In this document: in pieces, positions 39,261 through 47,489 of the stretch
Layout: the number at the start of each line of letters is the position of its first letter
Position numbering within the stretch: the first letter of the stretch is position 1
IMG/VR virus record: IMGVR_UViG_3300025247_000004
Span: 1 to 49,198 of that record
Strand: one strand, 5' to 3'
DNA from: a virus
Taxonomy: Duplodnaviria > Caudoviricetes
Length of the DNA: 49,198 nt
Notes under the pieces: generated by a model
What the model saw: only the letters and a program-made list of their open reading frames with translations
Databases searched by the model: none
Told to the model about the DNA's origin: nothing
Position numbers and translations under genes: made by a program

Positions 39261-39550
39261 TTTGTTTCTTCTATTAGGGATTCGGCCACTGTTATCTCTT
39301 CCATTGGAACGTCTAATTCATACCATCCACCTGAATGAAGTTCCTTAGGGTTACTTATAATAGTGTTTAATACCCCTTTCAACCTCTCAATAAGTTCTGT
39401 CTGCTGTTGGGTTTTTTCGTTGGCGAAGTTCACCATTAGAGCGGATACGTTTTGAATTGTATTTGAATCATGTTTTTTGTCACCCATGAACAATGTGTCT
39501 ATGTCTGGATGATTCTTGAAAATAAAATCTATTGCTTCACTACTTCCCAT
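39257..39550 (-). CDS. Hypothetical protein
   Basis: Coupled ORF. Confidence 0.6.
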   Translation of the reverse strand: MGSSEAIDFIFKNHPDIDTLFMGDKKHDSNTIQNVSALMVNFANEKTQQQTELIERLKGVLNTIISNPKELHSGGWYELDVPMEEITVAESLIEETK

Positions 39551-39869
39551 ACTACTGTTTTAATCTTTGTTGTTTTGTTACTTTAGTTGTTGTTTTTCAA
39601 TTAGTAGTTCTAAAAATAATTTAGCTTCATTTCCAGTTATCAATATTCCCTCTTGATAATTCCATGAGCAATAATCCATATCTTCATCATCTTCCTCCAT
39701 GAAATTTATCCTTCGCTTTAAATTTTTTATCAGTTTGTATTCCATCACTTATCTGTTTTTGGTTTGGTGGGTTAACACCCTATACATTTTTCTCCTATTG
39801 CTATTGCAAACATTAACCTGGTACATATAAATAAAAGAAGAAGAATAATTACCTTAAATTTTACATCTT

Positions 39870-40406
39870 TCATCCCTTCCTTTGTTTTAGGTGTGTTAAC
39901 TCTTTTAGTTTGTCTTGATATGCTTTTGCAGCATCCTCTTCTTTATCGAAAAAACCTAATAAAATAGGGTTATTAATATATATGTTTGCTGCCCATTTAT
40001 TTTTTAATTTGTGATACGACACACCTATATATTTACTAGTACCTCCTTTTCTATCTTTAGATGAGTTTTCTCTATTTGTAACTATTTGAAGGTTGCTTAA
40101 TTTATTATTTAAAGGATTATTATCTATGTGGTCAACAACTTTTTTAAAACCGCATTTGGTGTGATTTAAAAAAGAAATTGCAACTAATAGGTGTATATGG
40201 TGGAACTTAACTTTTCCATTTTTACTGAGCCCGACTATACAATATCCACTACTAGTGTTGTTTCTTAATATCCTCTCTTTTATAGTTAAAACATTTCCGT
40301 CTTTTTTCTCAACAATCCTGTTCATTGATTTAACTCTTCCGAAACTACTTACTTGGTATAAACCATTATAACCTTCAATATCTTTCCAGATTTCTTTATC
40401 GCTCAT
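39870..40406 (-). CDS. NUMOD4-HNH-AP2 homing endonuclease
   Basis: EIWKDIEGYNGLYQVSSFGRVKS; VDHIDNNPLNNKLSNLQ; SKYIGVS...KWAA.I. Confidence 0.92.
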   Translation of the reverse strand: MSDKEIWKDIEGYNGLYQVSSFGRVKSMNRIVEKKDGNVLTIKERILRNNTSSGYCIVGLSKNGKVKFHHIHLLVAISFLNHTKCGFKKVVDHIDNNPLNNKLSNLQIVTNRENSSKDRKGGTSKYIGVSYHKLKNKWAANIYINNPILLGFFDKEEDAAKAYQDKLKELTHLKQRKG

Positions 40407-40418
40407 GTCGTTGGGTGT

Positions 40419-40796
40419 TTAGATTCTTTCTTTTTTAGGTGGAGTATAAATAAACCCTGTTCCGAAATAATGAATAGACTTTTTCATTACCCTTTTGTAG
40501 TAACTTTTTTTCATTGCAATGTCTCTATATGCTGTTTCGTGAAACTCTAGTTCATCAACACTTTCAGTATATAAAAACCCGTTATTATCAACCTTTAAAA
40601 CACCTTCGCAAAGTTTACTTACTGAATATTTATTCATCTCACCTCTTTTATACCCAGAACGAACAACCTCATATTTAAAATCCCAAAGTATTTTATCACC
40701 AACATTTAAGTTGTTTTCTTTTAAAACAACCTCTTTTACCATTAGCAGGTATTCTTTTTTTAATGAGGGTATATTTGGTTTTACAATTTTTTCCAT
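40419..40796 (-). CDS. Hypothetical protein (start moved to MEKIVK)
   Basis: The upstream extension lies inside a hairpin element. Confidence 0.55.
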   Translation of the reverse strand: MEKIVKPNIPSLKKEYLLMVKEVVLKENNLNVGDKILWDFKYEVVRSGYKRGEMNKYSVSKLCEGVLKVDNNGFLYTESVDELEFHETAYRDIAMKKSYYKRVMKKSIHYFGTGFIYTPPKKERI

Positions 40797-41072
40797 CTTG
40801 TTTGTTTTAAAAATTGGAGTGGATTCCTCGCGCGTTCCAAGTCTATTTCGCCTTGAGCGTCTGTTCACCACTCCAATAAATCAGTTCTTTTTGTTCAATG
40901 GGTTAATCTTCATCTGCTTTATCACAGCACTTTTCACACCACATTTCCATACCCATGTGCCATAAATACTCTCCATTATCAGGGGTTTCACCACACACAT
41001 CACACTCATAAATTCTTTGTGTTATTCTTTTTCCCATATCTATATATCTATTTTAAGGGTTTGAATGTTAGG

Positions 41073-41267
41073 TTAGAGCAATCCTAATTCTTTGGCTGAT
41101 TTTTCCGGTGATACTCCATCTAAAGTATCTGTGAAATAATAATCCAATTTGTTTGCGTATTTTTCAGATGCCTTTAATCGCTTTCTGAATTTTTTAGCAA
41201 GTTCTCTTCCTTTATCAGTAACTATATGCTTTCTTAGTTCATCAAAATCATTCAATATTTCTTCCAT
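41073..41267 (-). CDS. Hypothetical protein
   Basis: Short ORF in leftward array. Confidence 0.55.
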   Translation of the reverse strand: MEEILNDFDELRKHIVTDKGRELAKKFRKRLKASEKYANKLDYYFTDTLDGVSPEKSAKELGLL

Positions 41268-41303
41268 ATCTCTTATTTTAATCCCTTTGGTTATGTTGGG
41301 TAG

Positions 41304-41537
41304 TTACTGGTTAATCTCTAGACTTGTTTCAATATCAAATAAACAGTCCATAAAGTTTTGTTCAATGATAGTTCTAATCAAAAAATCCTTAAGTGTTTCG
41401 TGAGGTAGTTGACTTGATATTGTTTCCTGTGAATCATCTAAAACCTCCCATGATCCAGAATCTTTATATAGATATAAGTTTTCAGGAAAACCGTCAATGA
41501 TTTGTGATAGGCTATATTCTTTCAGTTCTGTTTCCAT
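41304..41537 (-). CDS. Hypothetical protein
   Basis: Short ORF in leftward array. Confidence 0.55.
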   Translation of the reverse strand: METELKEYSLSQIIDGFPENLYLYKDSGSWEVLDDSQETISSQLPHETLKDFLIRTIIEQNFMDCLFDIETSLEINQ

Positions 41538-41557
41538 ATCTCAAATGTTTTGTTCCT

Positions 41558-41767
41558 CTATTCAATATCTTTCAAAAGTTCATCAACGGGTCTTTCCATT
41601 GGTTCTCCCGTCTCCGCATCCTTAATACTGCTATTGAAAACATTTTCCTCTGTTTTATAACTGCTTTGTGGATATGGTGAAACTGTAGACACAACACTTC
41701 CTTCTTCTTGGAGGTACATTGTTCTTTCCCTTCCTTTTGAATCGGATACTATTACTTTTTTTGACAT
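41558..41767 (-). CDS. Hypothetical protein
   Basis: Short ORF in leftward array. Confidence 0.55.
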   Translation of the reverse strand: MSKKVIVSDSKGRERTMYLQEEGSVVSTVSPYPQSSYKTEENVFNSSIKDAETGEPMERPVDELLKDIE

Positions 41768-41772
41768 GATTA

Positions 41773-42081
41773 CTATGTTAATTGATTAATAATTGATTTC
41801 CTTGTATCAAGAGTTTTTTGTAGGCATTTTGACTTATAAAGTTGTTTTAACTTTCCGTTTACTCTTATCCTCACACAAAATACCTTTCTTGTATTGTCTA
41901 TGGTTATTCCAGATGGCAGCAGATAAGATTTGTCTTTATAAAAATCAAATGTGATCTTATCTCTTTCTTTTTCAGCTTCATCAATTGTTGGAAATGTTTT
42001 CCCGTTAATTGTTTCCTTTGAAATTGGATTCCAAAATCTAGCGGTATAGCTGTTTCTGTTTTTTGTTATTCCTTTTTTCAT
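41773..42081 (-). CDS. AP2-like DNA-binding protein
   Basis: GIT...YTARF...GKTFPTIDEA...R; second repeat LPSGIT...VRIRVNGK. Confidence 0.55.
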   Translation of the reverse strand: MKKGITKNRNSYTARFWNPISKETINGKTFPTIDEAEKERDKITFDFYKDKSYLLPSGITIDNTRKVFCVRIRVNGKLKQLYKSKCLQKTLDTRKSIINQLT

Positions 42082-42119
42082 GGTTCATATTTGTTGTTCC
42101 TCTATACTTGGATAGGGGG

Positions 42120-42518
42120 TTAAAGTTGTTTTCCGTGTTTAATTATAAAGTACTTTTTACCTGGTTCCGCACCCCATTCAGGATTTCCCTCCCTTATTTC
42201 TATTCCTTTGTGTTCCAGTTTTAGGATTCGTTCTGTATCGCCTGATTTTGGATAGCCAAGCGTCATTGTGTTGGTTGTGAATGGTTTTAAATAGGAATAA
42301 TAAGATTTTAGGATTTCAATAAAATCGTGTCCATTATTAAAATCAAATAGAATATCCTCTGCAATGTTTTTACAGTCGTTAGGTGTTTCTTTTGGATAAT
42401 TAGACCAATCTACTAACCTAGTTATCCAGTAATGTGTGATTTCACGGTAGTCCTCAGTCTTGATTCCCGCCTTGGTCATTTCAAACCATTTCTTTTTTAG
42501 TGATAGTTGTAAGTTCAT
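42120..42518 (-). CDS. ASCH/PUA-like domain protein
   Basis: LSLKKKWFEM..AGIKTEDYREI..YW...LGYP. Confidence 0.75.
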   Translation of the reverse strand: MNLQLSLKKKWFEMTKAGIKTEDYREITHYWITRLVDWSNYPKETPNDCKNIAEDILFDFNNGHDFIEILKSYYSYLKPFTTNTMTLGYPKSGDTERILKLEHKGIEIREGNPEWGAEPGKKYFIIKHGKQL

Positions 42519-42781
42519 TCCCCATTTGCTTTAGATATTGTTTGTATTGCTTTTGATTGTGCTGATTGATAATCCCAAGTTCCATCGTCTGGCACTGCGT
42601 TTGAAAGTTGTTCCAAAACCTCTATCGCTTCATTGTAACGCTCCAATAACTCACTTTTACTGCTCTCTGCCATTTCAACTAAATCCTCAGCTAATCCTAA
42701 ATTATCATAGCCTTGATCATCATCAATCCTTTTTGCGAATTTTGCCGTTAACTCTCCTTTTGTTATACCTAGTTCTTTCAT
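42515..42781 (-). CDS. Hypothetical protein
   Basis: Coupled ORF. Confidence 0.55.
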   Translation of the reverse strand: MKELGITKGELTAKFAKRIDDDQGYDNLGLAEDLVEMAESSKSELLERYNEAIEVLEQLSNAVPDDGTWDYQSAQSKAIQTISKANGE

Positions 42782-43047
42782 TGGTTACGTTGTTTTGATT
42801 GCCAATTTTTAAAATTATTTAATAAAGCCTGTGATAAAAAATCCCTTTGACTTGTTTCAAGTAACCCTAATGGCTTAATTATTTCTAGAAAATCCTTTTC
42901 TTCCATCGTTCTTAGTTTTTAAGGAGGCGGTGGTTTATCTCGACTCCTGGTTAATTTTTTTGGCAGCGGTGTTGCGGTAGCTAGAATTTTCAAAACAAAC
43001 CGATTTGTATTTAAGGTTCATATTTGTTTGCAAGCCGCTGCCTTTTT

Positions 43048-43680
43048 TTAATTGTTTGCATTATAAAATGCGTATGCAAAACCTAGTGGGGTTTTACTCC
43101 TTTCATTTTTTGTTTTTTGGCTTTTACCTCCAAGTTTTTTGAATCCAGGATATTCCTTCTCAAAGGGCTCCATGAATTTCTTTTCCGGAATATTAAAATC
43201 ACCCCACAACCAAGTTTGTTTATTATATCTACTATCGTTAGGATTTGGGTCGTAACCTGCGTAGTCGCATGGATTGAATTTATGTTTTACATCCCCAAGC
43301 CAAGGATTTAGTTTATGAATCCTGCTCATTGGATTTTCCAACTGCCAGAAATTCAAAACGTTCAAGTCCTCAAAAAACTCAATAATCTCCTTTGTTTTCG
43401 ACACAAGTTTTTGCGATGCTTCAGTTCTCCCATCAACATCTTTAGCTTTAAAATGTTTTGCTCCGCTAATGGCATAATCTGTACATGGTTGCATAGCTAT
43501 AATACCTACTTCAGGCAAAGCTCCATGTTCCATAAACCCTAAATACCAAGATGCGTAATGCCATTTAAGAACATCTATTCCATGTTGAATATCAACTTGC
43601 TTGACGATCCAACCGTTTTCCTTGTACGGCCTGGAGGCATTTCCGGTGTAGTCATAAAGAGAAATCAATATTTTCTTCAT
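43048..43680 (-). CDS. Orphan DNA cytosine-5 methyltransferase-like protein
   Basis: Variant motif I (SLYDYTG), PCT catalytic motif, LENP motif VI, K.T.LWG.F and RS.TP.GFA.AF. Confidence 0.78.
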   Translation of the reverse strand: MKKILISLYDYTGNASRPYKENGWIVKQVDIQHGIDVLKWHYASWYLGFMEHGALPEVGIIAMQPCTDYAISGAKHFKAKDVDGRTEASQKLVSKTKEIIEFFEDLNVLNFWQLENPMSRIHKLNPWLGDVKHKFNPCDYAGYDPNPNDSRYNKQTWLWGDFNIPEKKFMEPFEKEYPGFKKLGGKSQKTKNERSKTPLGFAYAFYNANN

Positions 43681-43819
43681 TATACTTTGTCTTTTATCCG
43701 TTAATGGCATCTGAAGCACAGGAACCGTAAAACTCCATGAACTTTTCAAATGATGTCCATTTGCTCTCTAGGTACGTGTATATTGTTTTTAGTGTTCTCA
43801 TTGTGTTTAATTTTAATTG

Positions 43820-44116
43820 TTACTTTTTAATCCCGTGAAACTCAAGGTCGCACATCCAACCGTCAGAGGGGTATTCTTTTGCTGCGTTTTCCCTTACCCA
43901 TGCCCTTTTTACCGTATACTCAACAGGGTTGCCCTTCTTATCGTGGCACATCACAACCCTTGTACCTATTTTGCATGATATGTAATCCCCCTTGGAATCC
44001 ACTACCTCGGGATATAGCTCCTTGGTGTGTATGGATTGGTTGTACCAGATGTTTTTGTATCTGAACGGTACTCCTGCCCTAAATGCTTCCAGTCGTTTTT
44101 TAAAATAGTTTGACAT
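43820..44116 (-). CDS. Hypothetical protein
   Basis: First clear ORF of the leftward accessory operon. Confidence 0.6.
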   Translation of the reverse strand: MSNYFKKRLEAFRAGVPFRYKNIWYNQSIHTKELYPEVVDSKGDYISCKIGTRVVMCHDKKGNPVEYTVKRAWVRENAAKEYPSDGWMCDLEFHGIKK

Positions 44117-44380
44117 TGTTTGTTTTTTATTGGTTTTTAAATAACCGCCCCGGAAATCCTCACTACCGAGGCGGTGTGAAAATGGAGTGGCCTCTCACAA
44201 CCTGACCGCCCTAATAATCCATCAACGCAAAGTGTCCTCGCGGCTATATTTCAAGATTATTTCGTGCATTTCTCCATATCATTATTTCAAAAAATGGAGT
44301 GGTTTCGCAGTTGTTTCCTGTACCGAGTATGCTGTGTAGAACAAGCCTTTCGAGTTTCCTGTTTCCGTGTCCACCACTCC

Positions 44381-44416
44381 AAAAAAAACGCCCCTAGCTC
44401 TAGGGAAGCAGGGGCG
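44381..44416 (-). terminator. Intrinsic terminator in leftward leader
   Basis: Minus strand CGCCCCT...AGGGGCG followed by T8. Confidence 0.6.
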
Positions 44417-44491
44417 AAAACCAAATAAACACATGAAAATTAACTAACTCTTTTGATGTTTAAGTGCGCCCCTAAACGCTCAATCATGTTT

Positions 44492-44580
44492 CAAATGTAT
44501 AATATTGTACATTAATATCCAAATATATTTTACATTTTTTTACATTTTGCTTGTTTTTAACGTATATTATTGTACTTTTG
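44492..44580. promoter_or_regulatory. Divergent promoters with operator TGTATAATATTGTACA (44496-44511)
   Basis: Leftward TACATTTG (44492-44499) with TTTG 20 nt upstream; rightward TACTTTTG (44573-44580). Confidence 0.7.
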
Positions 44581-44676
44581 GATTGTCGTTGGTCGAGGAC
44601 GATGGGAAAAATTTAAGTGTGGGTAACACGAAATAAGAACCCCTGACAATCTCGACCGTTGTACAGGGGTTTTTTT
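44581..44676 (+). ncRNA. Short leader RNA/attenuator
   Basis: 5' GATTGTC and GGTCGAG are complementary to GACAATCTCGACC in the terminator hairpin AACCCCTG/CAGGGGTT-Tn. Confidence 0.55.
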
Positions 44677-45039
44677 ATACGTCTGAAATCTCGTTTCGGA
44701 AAACCTCTTAAAAGTTGTAGAAGGTTCTAGCGTTAGCTAGGGGATAATTGGGAAAGCAACACGGAGCTTTGACTGGACCCGCCCGATTTGAGGAATTTAT
44801 TCCAATAAGAGCCAGTGCCTTTTAAGGCTGCTATACGGTAAACCTCATGGTTATTGTGCGTGCAAGTTTAAAAGTAGTTCCCAATGGATCAGGTCTTTTT
44901 TGGGCTTTTTCCGTTGGGATTACTATATGCGACCGTTTCCTATTGCTTTTGTGTTGCAAGTTTAATATTAAGAGTTATATAATAATAGAGACTTAAGAAA
45001 ATTCTTATAACTTAAACACCAAACTATAAAAAACACATA

Positions 45040-45675
45040 ATGAAAACACTTTTTATCGCATTTTTTTGCATTACAACGGGTTTGACCGCTCAAAAAACAT
45101 CAGAAATAGATTCAATTACCTATAATGAAATGAAATCCCTTTTAAATTCAAAAGACTATAAAAACAGAGTGGATGTTAAAAACTACAAGGCAATCAATGG
45201 TAATTGGTTAAGTATTGGAGATACCTTAGAGATAGGGCCACCAAGTAACCCAAACAGTACAATGGCAGGTTATGCCGGAGGCTCCAACGTTGCAACACAT
45301 AGTTTTATTTTTTTAGGTACGGGTGCTGCTGCCCTTACTGGTACTTCCATGATGGGAAACGAACACATGACAGGTGACAGGGCTTTTATTATTGAAATGG
45401 AAATGGCCAGAGGCTCAAAAAAGCAGGATTATGAAGTGCTTATCCATTTAAATAGGCTTGGTGGCGGCAGGTTTGTTAACATAAAGAAACTTGCAAGGGC
45501 CAATATAGACCAAGCACTTGAAACAGGCGAAATAATAGATCCTAACGCTCCAATGTCAAGGGAACAGGCAATAAAAAAATTGAAAGAGGCAAAAGAACTC
45601 TTAGATATAGGTATGATGGAGAAGGAAGATTTTGAAAAATTAAAGGAAAAGCTGGAACCAATTATAATGAATTAG
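45040..45675 (+). CDS. Secreted protein with C-terminal SHOCT domain
   Basis: Signal peptide ...GLTA|Q; AIKKLKEAKELLDIGMMEKEDFEKLK. Confidence 0.8.
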   Translation: MKTLFIAFFCITTGLTAQKTSEIDSITYNEMKSLLNSKDYKNRVDVKNYKAINGNWLSIGDTLEIGPPSNPNSTMAGYAGGSNVATHSFIFLGTGAAALTGTSMMGNEHMTGDRAFIIEMEMARGSKKQDYEVLIHLNRLGGGRFVNIKKLARANIDQALETGEIIDPNAPMSREQAIKKLKEAKELLDIGMMEKEDFEKLKEKLEPIIMN

Positions 45676-45843
45676 GGAAAACCCATAGTTTTTTTAAGGT
45701 TTTCATGCAATCGTAAGAAAAATAAACCTTGTATATTGTAGGACTTTCAAAGTTGATAAAACTTTGATAACTCCCCCAGCCTACAATACTATAACATATT
45801 GAAAATAGGTAATTTAAGGTCTTAACCTTTAAATTATCTTAAG

Positions 45844-45996
45844 ATGAAAAAAGTACTATTCGCATTGATGCTGTTATTTGCAGGTTCTGTGATCACATCA
45901 TGCACAAACGACCAAACAGAAGATGAAATTGAATTTCTCGCAATTGACAAAGATAAGCAAGAGTGCACAGGTTGCGACGATAATGGTAGTGAGTAA
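45844..45996 (+). CDS. 50-aa lipoprotein/peptide precursor
   Basis: MKKVLFALMLLFAGSVITSC|TNDQTEDEIEFLAIDKDKQECTGCDDNGSE; clean signal plus lipobox; below the ORF-track cutoff. Confidence 0.85.
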   Translation: MKKVLFALMLLFAGSVITSCTNDQTEDEIEFLAIDKDKQECTGCDDNGSE

Positions 45997-46513
45997 CATT
46001 ACTATTATCGGCATAAGCCGTTTTACTTACATTATAGTGGACAAGTACTTTGACCGTGAAGGTGACTTCCTGGGCTTTAAGTGGTTGTCCACTGCTTTTT
46101 GGAATACAGGTGTTGAGCTTTTCACCATTAATATCGGATTGCTTATGTATTACAGCACTTTCTTTATGGAAAAGAGTGTAAAGCCATTATTTAGGGGTGT
46201 ATCTTTTTTAGTGGTTGCAATCGGATGCTTTTTTATGTCATGGATTTTATTTGACGATACTGGTATAACCAATTCATTGGAGTTAATTTTTTCAACCGTT
46301 ACCGGATTGTTTACGGCTCATATAGCAATATCGATGTACAGATATATGATAAACTACATGGAGGGTTTAAAGTTCTCTATTCGTGAGCTTATCCATGTAA
46401 TGGTAACTATTGTTCCAACTTATTTTGGTATTGAACTCAATGATATAGAAGTTAATGATTATGAAGAGGTCGTAGTATGGCCCACATTAAACAAAGTAGG
46501 AGATGCAACGTAA
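45983..46513 (+). CDS. About 4-TM membrane protein with cytoplasmic tail (start moved from 45923)
   Basis: Hydrophobic segments; ATG at 45983 overlaps the end of the peptide gene. Confidence 0.75.
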   Translation: MVVSNITIIGISRFTYIIVDKYFDREGDFLGFKWLSTAFWNTGVELFTINIGLLMYYSTFFMEKSVKPLFRGVSFLVVAIGCFFMSWILFDDTGITNSLELIFSTVTGLFTAHIAISMYRYMINYMEGLKFSIRELIHVMVTIVPTYFGIELNDIEVNDYEEVVVWPTLNKVGDAT

Positions 46514-46682
46514 AAAATTAATCCAGAAATTAAAAGATCAGAACCTCATTAAAGATGACGAGGTTTATAGGCTTGTCGTTGAGCATGACAAAAAAGAACT
46601 CGAGAAAGTAAAATCTGATTTCGATAACAAATTCAAAGAACTAAGAAAAAAAGGTAAACTTGATTTTCTTGGATTATCCTAA
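46503..46682 (+). CDS. 59-aa charged helical protein
   Basis: MQRKKLIQKLKDQNLIKDDEVYRLVVEHDKKELEKVKSDFDNKFKELRKKGKLDFLGLS; overlaps the upstream stop and the repressor stop. Confidence 0.7.
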   Translation: MQRKKLIQKLKDQNLIKDDEVYRLVVEHDKKELEKVKSDFDNKFKELRKKGKLDFLGLS

Positions 46683-47023
46683 AGTTTCTTTTTTCCTTCT
46701 ATAATGTCTTTTGCTATATCATAACTCTTGATATATACCTTACGGTGAAAATCCTCATGTGACATAAATTCGTCAAAATGTTTCACCACAAAAGGAAGTA
46801 CCGATTCCACGGTATGACCTTCTTCACTTTTTGCAAGGCCACTCAACTCTTCTGGAGACCTTGAAAGCACACTTTTTACAAACTCAATTTTAGAATCAGG
46901 GATAGGAACATCGCCTTTTATCCAATTATATACCGTTTGACGGCCTACTCCTAAAACTTTAGCAGCATCCACTTTGCTCAATCGGCTCTTATCCAAAAGT
47001 ATTTTAAACTCTTTATTATCCAT
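46679..47023 (-). CDS. XRE/CI-like HTH repressor without S24 peptidase domain
   Basis: LSKVDAAKVLGVGRQTVYNWIKG HTH; divergent from the early operon. Confidence 0.8.
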   Translation of the reverse strand: MDNKEFKILLDKSRLSKVDAAKVLGVGRQTVYNWIKGDVPIPDSKIEFVKSVLSRSPEELSGLAKSEEGHTVESVLPFVVKHFDEFMSHEDFHRKVYIKSYDIAKDIIEGKKKL

Positions 47024-47058
47024 TATTGGACGTTGTAAATGTTAAATTTTACATCAAA

Positions 47059-47102
47059 TGTACAATTATATTTGCAATTGTACAATATTGTACATATATT
47101 CG
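47059..47102 (+). promoter_or_regulatory. Early rightward promoter with palindromic operator TGTACAATATTGTACA (47079-47094)
   Basis: TTTG (47071)-N20-TATATTCG (47095); perfect 16-bp palindrome in the spacer. Confidence 0.75.
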
Positions 47103-47135
47103 CATTGTTGTTTAACTACAAAAGCACTCAAATAT

Positions 47136-47468
47136 ATGGAAACATTAACAATTATCAACGAAAAAGATATAGAGCAATTGGTGCTTCCGGTCATAGATAT
47201 AGAGATGGAACACGACTTTGATGATTTCACTGGAGAATCCATTTACACCTATGATAATCCAGAGCAGACCATAGATGTTGGTGAAATACGGATAGTGTTT
47301 GATTTGAGGATAGACAATGATGGTGATGCCAATGTAAGAATCATCAGGGAACTGTGGTTGAACGATACTGACCATATAAAGGTAGATGTTGGAAGCGAAC
47401 TTGATTTGATGCTTACCAAGAAACTGGAAAAAACGTACAGCAACCCATTCAACAGGAACGAAATATAA
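47136..47468 (+). CDS. Acidic hypothetical early protein
   Basis: METLTIINEK... first gene after the promoter. Confidence 0.65.
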   Translation: METLTIINEKDIEQLVLPVIDIEMEHDFDDFTGESIYTYDNPEQTIDVGEIRIVFDLRIDNDGDANVRIIRELWLNDTDHIKVDVGSELDLMLTKKLEKTYSNPFNRNEI

Positions 47469-47489
47469 ACCACCAATAAATAAAGAATC

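Noticed and set aside
44295-44381. Functional tRNA-Ser-like gene
   Set aside because: No TTCG T-loop or proper D and anticodon arms; kept only as a hairpin element
45923-45982. ORF-track start of the membrane protein at 45923
   Set aside because: It overlaps the clearer lipopeptide gene by 74 nt; ATG at 45983 gives a normal coupled start
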